The notes beneath the pieces were generated by a model, which made no database searches, was not told the origin of the DNA, and worked only from the letters and a program-made list of their open reading frames with translations. 32,000 bases of DNA from Mycolicibacterium smegmatis (GTDB lineage Bacteria; Actinomycetota; Actinomycetes; Mycobacteriales; Mycobacteriaceae), in NCBI RefSeq assembly GCF_001457595.1, contig NZ_LN831039.1:180001-212000 (forward strand), given 5' to 3'. A program made the position numbers and the translations under genes. Numbering within the stretch: the stretch's first letter is position 1; each line of letters begins with the position of its first letter. Shown piece after piece: positions 1 to 10,223 of this stretch.

Positions 1-1
1 G

Positions 2-634
2 GCCGCCGCCGGCGAGGCATCCACGGAGACAGAGGAATCCGAGGTATCGGAACCTGTCGCGACCGACGAGCCCGACGAGGATCAGCCCACGCAGAACATC
101 GTCTTCGCCCCCTTCCGGCCGGCGGGCAAGGGACTGACCTATGCTGCGATCGCCGCGGCGACACTGTTTGTCGCCGCAGGCGCGTTCGCCGGCGCGACGG
201 TGTGGCCGTATCTGTCGGACCGCGCGCTGGTGGACACGAAAGTGCAAGTGGCGCAGACCTCCGCCGACGCCATCACCACGCTGTGGACGTACACACCGGA
301 GAACATCGACACGCTGCCGGACCGTGCGTCGCGGTTCTTGTCGAACGACTTCGCCGCCGAGTACCGCCAGTTCATCGACTCGATCGTGCCGTCCAACAAG
401 CAGGCGCAGATCACCAACAACACGCAGGTGGTCGGTACCGCGGTCGAGAGCATCAGCGCCAATGAGGCGACGGCCATCGTCTACACCAACTCGGTGTCGA
501 CCAGCCCCGTGACCAAGAACGTGCCGTCGCTGCGGTATCTGTCGTATCGATTGACTCTGGTTCGCAGTGACGGGGACTGGCGGATCACTCAGATGCCTGC
601 CCTGACGCAGTTGGACCTCTCGCCGCAGCTGTAG
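2..634 (+). CDS. Mce-associated membrane protein, C-terminal part (5' end outside window)
   Basis: Frame 2 is open from the window edge: acidic N-terminal stretch (...EEPVATDEPDEDQPTQN region), one TM helix (LTYAAIAAATLFVAAGAFAGATVW), then a soluble domain ending RLTLVRSDGDWRITQMPALTQLDLSPQL*. Architecture is typical of Mce-associated/VirB8-like proteins. Confidence 0.6.
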   Translation, partial: AAAGEASTETEESEVSEPVATDEPDEDQPTQNIVFAPFRPAGKGLTYAAIAAATLFVAAGAFAGATVWPYLSDRALVDTKVQVAQTSADAITTLWTYTPENIDTLPDRASRFLSNDFAAEYRQFIDSIVPSNKQAQITNNTQVVGTAVESISANEATAIVYTNSVSTSPVTKNVPSLRYLSYRLTLVRSDGDWRITQMPALTQLDLSPQL

Positions 635-636
635 CG

Positions 637-1305
637 ATGGCCATCGCCTCGCCGGTCTCGGAGCGGCTCACGGTCACCGCGCTCCTGCTGTTGACTGTTG
701 CGACCGGGCTCGTCGATGCGATCAGCGTGCTGGTCCTGGGGCATGTGTTCGTCGCCAACATGACGGGCAACGTGATCTTCCTGGGCTTCTGGTTCGTGCC
801 GCACTCAGGGGTCGATCTCACCGCGGCGGTCGTCGCGTTTCCCGCATTCGTGGTGGGGACCATCATCGGTGGACGCCTGGCCCGGCACCTCGACGGGCAG
901 GTCCGAACCTGGCTGACGACCGCACTGGGTGTGGAAGTCGTCCTGCTGACGGTGCTTTCGATCCTCGCAGGCACCGGTGTGCTCGACTACCAGGACAACA
1001 CCAAGCTGTTCCTCATCGCGGGCCTGGCCATCACATTCGGTATCCAGAACGCGACGGCACGCCAGTTCGGGATCCAGGAGCTGAGCACCACCGTGCTGAC
1101 CTCCACCATCGTCGGACTCGGGTTCGACAGCCGGCTGGCCGGCGGAACGGGCGAGCGCGAGAAGTTGCGCTATGCCGTCGTCGCGACCATGTGCCTGGGT
1201 GCGGTGATCGGTGCGACGCTGTCGAGATTCACTGTGGCACCGGTGATCGCGCTGGCCGCCGTGGTGATCGCGACCAGCGCGTGCATCTTCCGGTTCGGCC
1301 GCTAG
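637..1305 (+). CDS. YoaK/DUF1275 family multi-pass membrane protein
   Basis: 222-aa ORF with DAISVLVLGHVFVANMTGNVIFLG, ARHLDGQ and GIQNATARQFGIQELSTTVLTSTIVGL, all characteristic of DUF1275. ATG lies 2 nt after the upstream stop. Confidence 0.85.
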   Translation: MAIASPVSERLTVTALLLLTVATGLVDAISVLVLGHVFVANMTGNVIFLGFWFVPHSGVDLTAAVVAFPAFVVGTIIGGRLARHLDGQVRTWLTTALGVEVVLLTVLSILAGTGVLDYQDNTKLFLIAGLAITFGIQNATARQFGIQELSTTVLTSTIVGLGFDSRLAGGTGEREKLRYAVVATMCLGAVIGATLSRFTVAPVIALAAVVIATSACIFRFGR

Positions 1306-3056
1306 AACGGTGGGGGTTTGTTGTGTTCGGCGACGAGGTCGTCGTTGAGTTTGCGTTCGGCGGCGATGGTGCGGGCGGTGTTCTGGGCGCGGGTGCGGCG
1401 TCGTTTGGGCATCTTGACCCCGCGCAGGTCGGGGTCGGCGGTAGGGATCGGGGTGGCCGGTAGGTCCAGTGCGCCGGTGGGTGCGGCCAGTTCGGTGATC
1501 GACAGGCGCCGGTGGCTTCCGGGCACAGTGGTGTACTGCCGCCCGGAAGGGGAGGTCCATACGATGGTGCCGTCGGGGTGTTGTCGGTCTGTCCAGCCGC
1601 GGGGGCCGGTCCAGAACGTTTTCAGAAGATGATGAAAACGACACAGACACTTCAGGTTTGAGGCATGCGTGGGCCCTGCGGGATAGGGCACGGTGTGGTC
1701 GAGGTCGCAGCGGTCGGCGGGTTTGTCGCAGCCGGGGAACCGGCAGGTCAAATCGCGGCAGCGCACATAGTCCGCGAGCGCGCGTGAGGGGATGTAGCGG
1801 TCTTCCGGTGCGGTGTCGCCGGGGTGGATCAGCGGGCGGATGGTGGCGTTGTTGATGATCTCGGCCAGCGCGTAGGCCGGCAGCACTCCCCCACCGAACA
1901 GCACGGCCGGCGGAACGCGGTCCAGCGGGTGCTCGTCGGGGTCGAGGAACGCCGCTGGGGTGTCGCTGCTGTTGTCGGTGAACTCGGTGACGCTGACAGA
2001 TTCGGGGTCGCAATCGGTTTCGGTGGGCGAGTCGGCGGTGTCGGTAGGCGCGGGAGTGTTGGGCTCGGTGTCGGTGGCGGTTTCGGTGGCGGTGGCCGCG
2101 GGTGCGATATCCGGGTCGTCGGCGGGCTCGGCGGGCTCGGCGGGCTCGGCGGGTTCGGTGTCGGCGGCAGGCGTGTCGGTGGCAGGTTCGTCGGGGGTGT
2201 TGGTGGTGGTGGCGGCGTGTTGGGCGGCGGTGACGGTGTCTTCGCGGGCGATGACGTGCACCACGAGGTGTCCGCGGGAGGATTGTTCGCGGCCGCGGAC
2301 ACAGTCGGGGTCCTCGCATTCGCAGGCCAAGGTGGTGTGGTCGAGGATGGCACCGAGAGCGTCGTGGCGCAGCTCATTGAGGGTGCGCGGATCGTCCGGG
2401 CAGACCCCTTCGATGAGTTCGGCGATCCGGGCGTCATAGGCGTTGCCGAGGTGGGCCTGCAGCCGGCCGGTGACCGTGAGCACTCCGGGGGCGTCGGTGG
2501 GTGAGCCGATGTCGAAGTAGCGGCCGCGCCGCGAGGCGCGGCCGCGGCGGAAAGACCCGGGGTCGTGTTTGAGGATCAGATCGTCGATGGTGTTGTCGAT
2601 CTCTTTGAGGGTCAGCTTGCCCCACCCGCTGATCTGGGCGGCCAGCTCGGCGTCGATGAGGGCGAGTTTGTCCGGTTCGAGCATCAGCGCGGTGCTCCAG
2701 CAGATGTTGCGCACGATCATCTCGCTGACCAGCCCGGCGGCGAACACCTCGTTGACCTTGGGCAGCCGGTCGCGCAGCGCGACCCCACGCTGGGCCTGGT
2801 GCAGCGCGGCCCAGGCGGTGATGCCTTGGGCGGCGCCGAGCTGGGCGCCCACGGCCGCGTCGGGGTCGACGAACCACCAGCGGCGCTCATCGGCGCTGGG
2901 GGTGCTGGTGGCACGGATGAACATCTCGGCCATTGCGGCGTGCTTGTGCGCCGAGGCGGACGCTTCGGCCTGTGCCCAGCCGCGGGCCTGGCCCTCCAGC
3001 TCGAGGTCGGACAGCGCGGAGAATTCCGCGATCTGCACCAACGACCCTTCGTACAT
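1302..3056 (-). CDS. 13E12 repeat family protein (DUF222 + C-terminal HNH endonuclease)
   Basis: DUF222-like N-terminal half, low-complexity linker, then C-terminal HNH signature CRDLTCRFPGCDKPADRCDLDHTVPYPAGPTHASNLKCLCRFHHLLKT. Preferred start MYEGSLVQ at 3056; ORF open to 3146. Confidence 0.85.
   Translation of the reverse strand: MYEGSLVQIAEFSALSDLELEGQARGWAQAEASASAHKHAAMAEMFIRATSTPSADERRWWFVDPDAAVGAQLGAAQGITAWAALHQAQRGVALRDRLPKVNEVFAAGLVSEMIVRNICWSTALMLEPDKLALIDAELAAQISGWGKLTLKEIDNTIDDLILKHDPGSFRRGRASRRGRYFDIGSPTDAPGVLTVTGRLQAHLGNAYDARIAELIEGVCPDDPRTLNELRHDALGAILDHTTLACECEDPDCVRGREQSSRGHLVVHVIAREDTVTAAQHAATTTNTPDEPATDTPAADTEPAEPAEPAEPADDPDIAPAATATETATDTEPNTPAPTDTADSPTETDCDPESVSVTEFTDNSSDTPAAFLDPDEHPLDRVPPAVLFGGGVLPAYALAEIINNATIRPLIHPGDTAPEDRYIPSRALADYVRCRDLTCRFPGCDKPADRCDLDHTVPYPAGPTHASNLKCLCRFHHLLKTFWTGPRGWTDRQHPDGTIVWTSPSGRQYTTVPGSHRRLSITELAAPTGALDLPATPIPTADPDLRGVKMPKRRRTRAQNTARTIAAERKLNDDLVAEHNKPPPF
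2121..2156. repeat. Short tandem repeat, ~9-bp unit ggcgggctc, 4 copies
   Basis: ggcgggctcggcgggctcggcgggctcggcgggttc read directly; encodes (AEP)n on the minus strand in the DUF222-HNH linker. Confidence 0.85.
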
Positions 3057-3211
3057 ATGTTCGAATCTACCGGCCGTGAGCCCGCTACGGGACCGCAAAA
3101 CCGCTATCTGTGGATGAACACGCGTTTGGGGATAACCCCAGCTCATGCCCCAGAAATGTCACACCCCCGGTGTATAAGGGCCAGTCAAGCAGTCGACGTA
3201 CGGTACAAGCT

Positions 3212-4030
3212 CTAAGCGGGCCTGAACTCGTCCCCGACTCGCACTGTGCCCTCGCCGAGCACTTCGAGATACGCACCGGCGCACGGCAGCTCGCCCAGAC
3301 CGAAAGATTCGACGCGGTTCTCGGCGGCGGGTGTGCGCAGTGCGTGCTGGGCGCGATCGAGGTCACCGTGCTCGAGCGTGGGGATCACGCACCGCGGTGT
3401 CGGGCCCATGGCCTTCACGCGCACTCCGCCGATCGTGAATTCCCGCCCGGTCCAGTCATTTTCGGAGTAGGCCGGGTAGTCGGGCGGGGTCGTGATGACG
3501 ATGTTGGGCCGGTAGCGCGCGGCCTCGGTGCCGATGCGTTCCAAGGTCGCAGTGGTGATCACGTGCAGCGGCGCGAGGTCGACGAACGAATCCCCGGGTG
3601 TCGCTTCGGCGATCTCCAGCAGTGGAGCGTCGACCTCGGCGTCGAGACCGGCCATGAGCACCTGTTCGGGATCGGCGCGCTCCAGGCTCGCGCCGTCGGG
3701 CCGGCCGGTGAGCAGACGGACGGGACGCGCGAGCAGCTTGGAGAACACGTCGTCGAAGTCGTCGTCTTCGGGTGAGGACTCGGTGCCGTCGGGCAGGCGC
3801 ACCTGCACGCTTCCGTTGTCGTCGATACGTGCCCGGCACTTCAGCAGGTTGCGCCAGAGCCGCGCCTGCTTGGCGCTGGCGACCCGTCCGGTCTCCTGAT
3901 CGATGAACGCAAGGTGCCGGTCGCGGTCGACACCCCCCAAGTAGACCTCCAGCGAGGTGACCGATTCACCGAGCATCGATTTGATCGGGTAACGGTGCAA
4001 GCTGTCCACGCGCAAGAGCTCGTCGGCCAT
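3212..4030 (-). CDS. MOSC domain-containing protein
   Basis: N-terminal MOSC beta-barrel motif VDSLHRYPIKSMLGESVTSLEV...DRHLAFIDQETGRVASAKQARLW; C-terminal FTIGGVRVKAMGPTPRCVIPTLEHGDLDR. Confidence 0.8.
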   Translation of the reverse strand: MADELLRVDSLHRYPIKSMLGESVTSLEVYLGGVDRDRHLAFIDQETGRVASAKQARLWRNLLKCRARIDDNGSVQVRLPDGTESSPEDDDFDDVFSKLLARPVRLLTGRPDGASLERADPEQVLMAGLDAEVDAPLLEIAEATPGDSFVDLAPLHVITTATLERIGTEAARYRPNIVITTPPDYPAYSENDWTGREFTIGGVRVKAMGPTPRCVIPTLEHGDLDRAQHALRTPAAENRVESFGLGELPCAGAYLEVLGEGTVRVGDEFRPA

Positions 4031-4087
4031 ACCCGAACTCTAGAGGGTGCGGCGCGCGCCGGACCGTGCGCTCACGGAAACGCCTGG

Positions 4088-5002
4088 TCAGCTTGCGGTG
4101 TGTACCAATTCGGGCTGGGCGGTGTCGGTCTTGGTTTCCTGCCACCCCGGTGGGCGCAGAAGGTACCCGATCCGGCCGCGCCAGGTCTCGGCGTGCCAGA
4201 CATCGCGCAGCATGAGAACGAACTCGTGGTAGTTGACCTTGATCGGGTTGTTGGTGTCGATGTTCTTGGTGAGGCCGTAGCGCACGGGTTCGAGTTCTTC
4301 GGCGTAGCTGCCGAACATGCGGTCGAAGATGATCAGGATTCCGCCGTAGTTCTTGTCGAGGTAGGGGTTGTTGGAGCCATGGTGGACGCGGTGATGCGAT
4401 GGGGTGTTGAAGATGAACTCGATCGGTCTGGGGAGTCGGCCGACGCGTTCGGTGTGGATGGGAAACTGGTAGACCAACACGATGGCCTGGCACAGGAAGA
4501 TCATCCACACGGGAATTCCGATGAGTGCCATGGGAATGCTGACCACCGACTTGAGAAACGACCCTGGCACCAGCCACGGTAAGCGTAGCGAGGTGGACAG
4601 GTTGAAGTACTGACTGGAGTGGTGCACGCTGTGTTCTGCCCAGAAGAGCCGAATTCGATGGCCCATACGGTGTTTGACGTAGTAGGTGGCGTCTGCGAGG
4701 AACAGCGCCAGCGCCCATGTCCACCATTGGTCGGCCGGCAGTGCGAGAGGTGCGAACGCCGCCGCGATCACGATGATCGGCAGCTCGATGAACTTTTCCA
4801 GTGGGCTGACGACGAGCCGGATCAGGTAGGTGGAGATGTTGGCGGCGGTGTCACGGCTCGACACGCCTCGCTTGGGTTCTGACGGGGCTGTGTTCTCCCG
4901 CCGTTCTCGGAAGTAGCTGTAGTACTCGACGGCGATCAACAGCAGAAAAGCGGGAAGGCCGTAGACGAAGACCATCTTGACCTGTTCAGCGAGTTGCTCC
5001 AC
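4088..5002 (-). CDS. Sterol desaturase / fatty acid hydroxylase superfamily membrane protein
   Basis: His-box pattern: FLADATYYVKHRMGHR, HSVHHSSQYFN, HRVHHGSNNPYLDKNYGG. GTG start at 5002. Confidence 0.85.
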   Translation of the reverse strand: MEQLAEQVKMVFVYGLPAFLLLIAVEYYSYFRERRENTAPSEPKRGVSSRDTAANISTYLIRLVVSPLEKFIELPIIVIAAAFAPLALPADQWWTWALALFLADATYYVKHRMGHRIRLFWAEHSVHHSSQYFNLSTSLRLPWLVPGSFLKSVVSIPMALIGIPVWMIFLCQAIVLVYQFPIHTERVGRLPRPIEFIFNTPSHHRVHHGSNNPYLDKNYGGILIIFDRMFGSYAEELEPVRYGLTKNIDTNNPIKVNYHEFVLMLRDVWHAETWRGRIGYLLRPPGWQETKTDTAQPELVHTAS

Positions 5003-5035
5003 GGCAGATGCTTTCTTTCCGGTTGGTGGCGGTGG

Positions 5036-5683
5036 TCAGTGGGCGGGGAGTTTGGGCATCCCGGCCAGCAGCCAGGACAGCAGTTGGCCGAACAGTTCCT
5101 CGGGCACCCATGACGGATTGGTGCGACGCTGACGAATCAAGCCTTGATGCAGCGCGAGGAGAGAGACCGCGAATGTCTCTGGGCGGACCACACTTTGGTC
5201 GACGTTGTGCTCGGCGAGCAGGTCTGCGGCGATTCCGGTGAGTGACTGCAGGGTCTGGCCGACGCTCTCCGTCAGAACATCCATGGCACCCGGATTACGG
5301 ATGGCGTGCAACCAGAACTCGGTGTGCAGTGCGGCCACCTCGATGTTCTTGTCGGCGACCTCGACAAGTTGTCGACTCAACTTCGCGAAAGGGCCACCAG
5401 GATCGCCCTGGGCTGACCGCAGTGCGTCGGCGACTTCGTCCAGGCGCAGGGCGGCGCGCTCAGACCGCAGTTCGGAGAACAACTGCTCCTTGCTGGAGAA
5501 GTTCGAGTACACCGCGCCCACCGAGTAGCCCGCGGCCTCGGCGATCTCCTCGACCGATGCCGCGTCATAACCCTTGCGCGCGAACGTTTCCGCCGCGGCA
5601 TCCAGCAATCTGCGGCGGGTCTGCGCGCGGGCCTCGGCACGGGTGAGCCGCTTCCGCGGCACCACACTGTCATCGCGATCCAT
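5036..5683 (-). CDS. TetR family transcriptional regulator
   Basis: RLTRAEARAQTRRRLLDAAAETFARKGYDAASVEEIAEAAGYSVGAVYSNFSSKEQLF is a canonical TetR HTH. Confidence 0.93.
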   Translation of the reverse strand: MDRDDSVVPRKRLTRAEARAQTRRRLLDAAAETFARKGYDAASVEEIAEAAGYSVGAVYSNFSSKEQLFSELRSERAALRLDEVADALRSAQGDPGGPFAKLSRQLVEVADKNIEVAALHTEFWLHAIRNPGAMDVLTESVGQTLQSLTGIAADLLAEHNVDQSVVRPETFAVSLLALHQGLIRQRRTNPSWVPEELFGQLLSWLLAGMPKLPAH

Positions 5684-5745
5684 ATTCAGATAATGGTCGC
5701 TATTTGAATTAGACGCACTATCCAGTGACGTAGATCACATATCAA

Positions 5746-7169
5746 TCAAGGAAACGGCAGGTAGCTCCCCTTCGAGTGATCGTGGCCGGTGAACGCGGCG
5801 TCGGGATCGGGTGAGAGCGCGAGGAGGTCGCGGCAGTGCGTCTCGCAGCGTGCCCGGGCGATCGCGTGATCGTGCTCGTGGGCCTGGGGGTGCCCCTTGG
5901 CCAGATCTGCCGAATGCGCCGCGATCTTGTGAGCGATGACGGATTCGCGCAGGCGGGCTGGCCGGGGCAGGCAGCACAGCATGGATGTGCCGGCCTGGGC
6001 CGCGACGGCGGCGCCGATCACCGCGGTGGCGTGGTCGTGCTCGGGTGCGACGTCGGTGGTGAGTGGGCCGATGGTGTACGACGGGGCATTGCGGCACAAC
6101 TGCTGATGAAGGCGCACGCTCTCGGCGATCTTGTGCATCGGCACGCGGCCCGGCCCCTCGACCACCACCTGCACGCCGTGCCGGTGCGCGACCCTGGCCA
6201 GCTGACCCAGCGTGCGCAGTTCGGCGATCTGTGCGGCGTCGTTGGCGTCGGCCACAGAGCCCGGCTGTAGGCCCGCGGCCAGCGCCAGCGTGACGTCGTA
6301 CCGCGCCAGGGTCTCGCACAGCTGGTCGAAATGGGCGTACAGAAAGGATTCCGCGTTGTGCAGCAGGCACCAGTCGGCGATGACGGCCCCGCCGCGGCTG
6401 ACGATGCCGGTGATCCGGCCCGCGGCGAGCGACAGATGTTCGCGGCGCAGGCCGGCATGCACCGTCATGCAGTCGACTCCGCTCTCGGCCTGTTCGATCA
6501 CGCTGTCGCAGAACGTGTTCCAGGTCAACGCGGCGATGTCGCCGTGGACCCGGCCGAGTGCCTGGTACAGCGGCACCGTACCCACCGGCACGGGCATGTT
6601 GCGCACCATGCGGTCGCAGTCGCTGCCGGACAGGTCCGTCACGATGTCGGCGCCCCACCGGATCGCCCGCACCATGTCACCGATCACCGCGTCCGGCGGC
6701 GAGCCGATACCGGCGTTGACCTTGACGCGAAACGCCCTGCCGATGATCATCGGTTCGCTCTCGGGGTGACGGTGATTCGCCGGGATCACGGCGTGGCCCG
6801 CGGCGACTGCGTCGCGGACCACCTTGGGGCGCAGACTTTCCCGGGCGGCGACGAACGCCATCTCGCTGGTGACGACGCCCTCACGGGCGCGCTGCAACTG
6901 GGTGCCACGGTCGGTCACCACACCGGGACGCGACGGCAGACCCGTGGCCAGACGGGCGGGGGTGTCGGTTTCGGTGTAGGGCCCCGACGTGTCGTAGAGG
7001 TCGAGATGCCTTCCGCCCGACAGATGTACGCGACGGAAGGGCACGCGCCCGCCGGGTGCGCCGACGGGATCGCGGTAGCACTTGGAACTGCCCGGTATGG
7101 GGCCGGTTGGGACGCCGGTGTCCCGGTCCGGCCCTTGTGGGGCCGGGCCGGGACAGTGGGCCTCAGCGC

Positions 7170-7173
<4 letters not shown>
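5746..7173 (-). CDS. ThiC-like (phosphomethylpyrimidine synthase family) protein lacking the C-terminal Fe-S cysteine motif
   Basis: ThiC blocks present: [124 protein letters not shown]. Protein ends ...[24 protein letters not shown] with no CSMCGPxFC. Confidence 0.85.
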
Positions 7174-8599
<1,426 letters not shown>

Positions 8600-8603
<4 letters not shown>

Positions 8604-8923
8604 TTGGCGGCCTCAGCTTCCCGGACTTCGGGCTTGCGGGTCTTGAACATGCCCAGCATGCGGTCGGTCACCAGGAAGCCGCCGATCACGTTGAGCGTGC
8701 CGAAGACGAGGGCGACGAACGCGATGATGCGCACGCCCCACGACGCGTCGGCGGGCAGATCACCCAGCACGATCAGGGCGCCCAGCACGACGATGCCGTG
8801 GATGGCGTTGGTGCCCGACATCAGGGGCGTGTGCAAGGTGTTGGGCACCTTGGAGATGACGGCGAATCCGACGAACCCGGCAAGCACCAGGATCGCGAGA
8901 TTGGCCAACAGTTGGTCGTACAT
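8600..8923 (-). CDS. pntAb: NAD(P) transhydrogenase subunit alpha part 2 (membrane segment)
   Basis: 107 aa with [34 protein letters not shown]; 4-bp overlap with pntB start. Confidence 0.95.
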
Positions 8924-8926
8924 GGT

Positions 8927-10009
8927 TCAGATGTCCCCTTCGGTGCGGGTGATGCAGGAGGCAGCGACGATCTCGTCGGTGAAATCGGGGGCGACGCCGT
9001 CGTCGGTGAGCAGCAGATCGAGCAGGGCGGTCACGTTCTTGGCGTACAACTCGCTGGCGTGCTCGGGCATGGTCGCGGGCAGGTTCAGCGGCGAGGTGAT
9101 CGTGACGCCGTGGTGGACGATGGTGCGTCCCGGCTCGGTGAGCTCACAGTTGCCGCCGGTCTCGCCGGCGAGATCGACGACGACGCTTCCCGGTTGCATA
9201 CCGGTGGCCGCGGCGGCGGTCACCAGACGCGGTGCGGGACGGCCGGGCACCAGCGCGGTCGTGATCACGATGTCGAACTTGGTGATCGCGTCCTCGAGCG
9301 CCTGCTGCTGTTGCGCACGCTCAGCCTCGCTGAGTTCACGCGCGTACCCGCCCTCGCCTGCGGCGTCGATCCCCAGATCGAGCCACTGCGCGCCGACCGA
9401 GCGGACCTGTTCGGCGACCTCGGGGCGTACGTCGTATCCGGTTGTCTTGGCGCCCAAGCGTTTAGCGGTCGCCAATGCCTGCAGGCCCGCGACGCCGACA
9501 CCGAGTACCAGCGCACTGGCGGGTTTGACCGTTCCCGCCGCGGTGGTCAGCATCGGGACGAACCGTGTCGACAGCGATGCTCCCAGCAGCACGGCCTTGT
9601 ACCCGGCGACGTTGGCCTGAGACGACAACGCGTCCATGGTCTGCGCACGGGATATGCGGGGAATCGATTCCATCGCAAAGGCTGTGACATCTGCGATGCG
9701 CAGCCGCGACGCGAGCTCGGGCTGTGTCCGCGGGGCCAAAAAGCCGATGAGTACCGAACCGGGCTTGAGCTGGCTGATCTCGTCCGACGTGGGTGGATTC
9801 ACCTTCACCACCACATCCGCCGGCCACGGATCACCGATCGTGGCCCCCGCTCGCTCGTAATCCGCGTCGCTGAACAGTGCGCCCGCTCCGGCCGCACTCT
9901 CCACGACGACCTCAAGCCCTCGGGCACTCAATTTTTCGACGACTTTTGGGACCAGCGCGACGCGGCGCTCGCCCTCCGCGGACTCCCGCGGCACTCCGAT
10001 CAACGTCAT
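8927..10009 (-). CDS. pntAa: NAD(P) transhydrogenase subunit alpha part 1 (NAD-binding)
   Basis: GVPRESAEGERRVALVPKVVEKL, LVLGVGVAGLQALATAKRLGAKTTGYDVRPEVAEQV, GRPAPRLVTAAAATGMQPGSVVVDLAGETGGNCELTEPG. Confidence 0.96.
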   Translation of the reverse strand: MTLIGVPRESAEGERRVALVPKVVEKLSARGLEVVVESAAGAGALFSDADYERAGATIGDPWPADVVVKVNPPTSDEISQLKPGSVLIGFLAPRTQPELASRLRIADVTAFAMESIPRISRAQTMDALSSQANVAGYKAVLLGASLSTRFVPMLTTAAGTVKPASALVLGVGVAGLQALATAKRLGAKTTGYDVRPEVAEQVRSVGAQWLDLGIDAAGEGGYARELSEAERAQQQQALEDAITKFDIVITTALVPGRPAPRLVTAAAATGMQPGSVVVDLAGETGGNCELTEPGRTIVHHGVTITSPLNLPATMPEHASELYAKNVTALLDLLLTDDGVAPDFTDEIVAASCITRTEGDI

Positions 10010-10057
10010 GATTTCTCCTCCTGGCGCTCACCGGCGGAAATGCTTCAGGCGGTGCAG

Positions 10058-10089
10058 GTTTCGTGAAACTCCGGCGGTTCTTGTGAACC
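10058..10089. promoter_or_regulatory. Two adjacent short perfect inverted repeats in the pntAa leader
   Basis: GTTTCgtGAAAC (10058-10069) and GGTTCttgtGAACC (10076-10089), centres ~19 bp apart. Confidence 0.4.
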
Positions 10090-10114
10090 GGGCAAGAAAC
10101 AGGCTATGCGAACG

Positions 10115-10127
10115 GCATATTGTATGC
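10115..10127. promoter_or_regulatory. Putative GntR-type operator, near-palindrome GCATATTGTATGC
   Basis: One mismatch from GCATACnGTATGC; lies between divergent pntAa and the panE-like gene. Confidence 0.55.
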
Positions 10128-10195
10128 AAGGATTAGGTGGATCTTAGCCCTGAATCAGCCTGACCGGGGGATATGGAATCACGCGGGCTGAGTTG

Positions 10196-10208
10196 GCATA
10201 CAGAATAC
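10196..10208. promoter_or_regulatory. Putative degenerate operator GCATACAGAATAC
   Basis: Same half-site GCATAC, directly upstream of the RBS aaggagg of the CDS at 10224. Confidence 0.45.
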
Positions 10209-10223
10209 AAACAAGGAGGGCGT

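Noticed and set aside
1302-3056. Insertion sequence or transposon
   Set aside because: The DUF222-HNH (13E12) gene is a dispersed repeat family, but I saw no terminal inverted repeats, target duplication or transposase domain around it.
10010-10223. TPP riboswitch controlling the ThiC-like operon
   Set aside because: I looked for a THI box (CTGAGA...ACCTGA-type) in the pntAa leader and found none; the ThiC-like gene itself overlaps pntB and has no leader.
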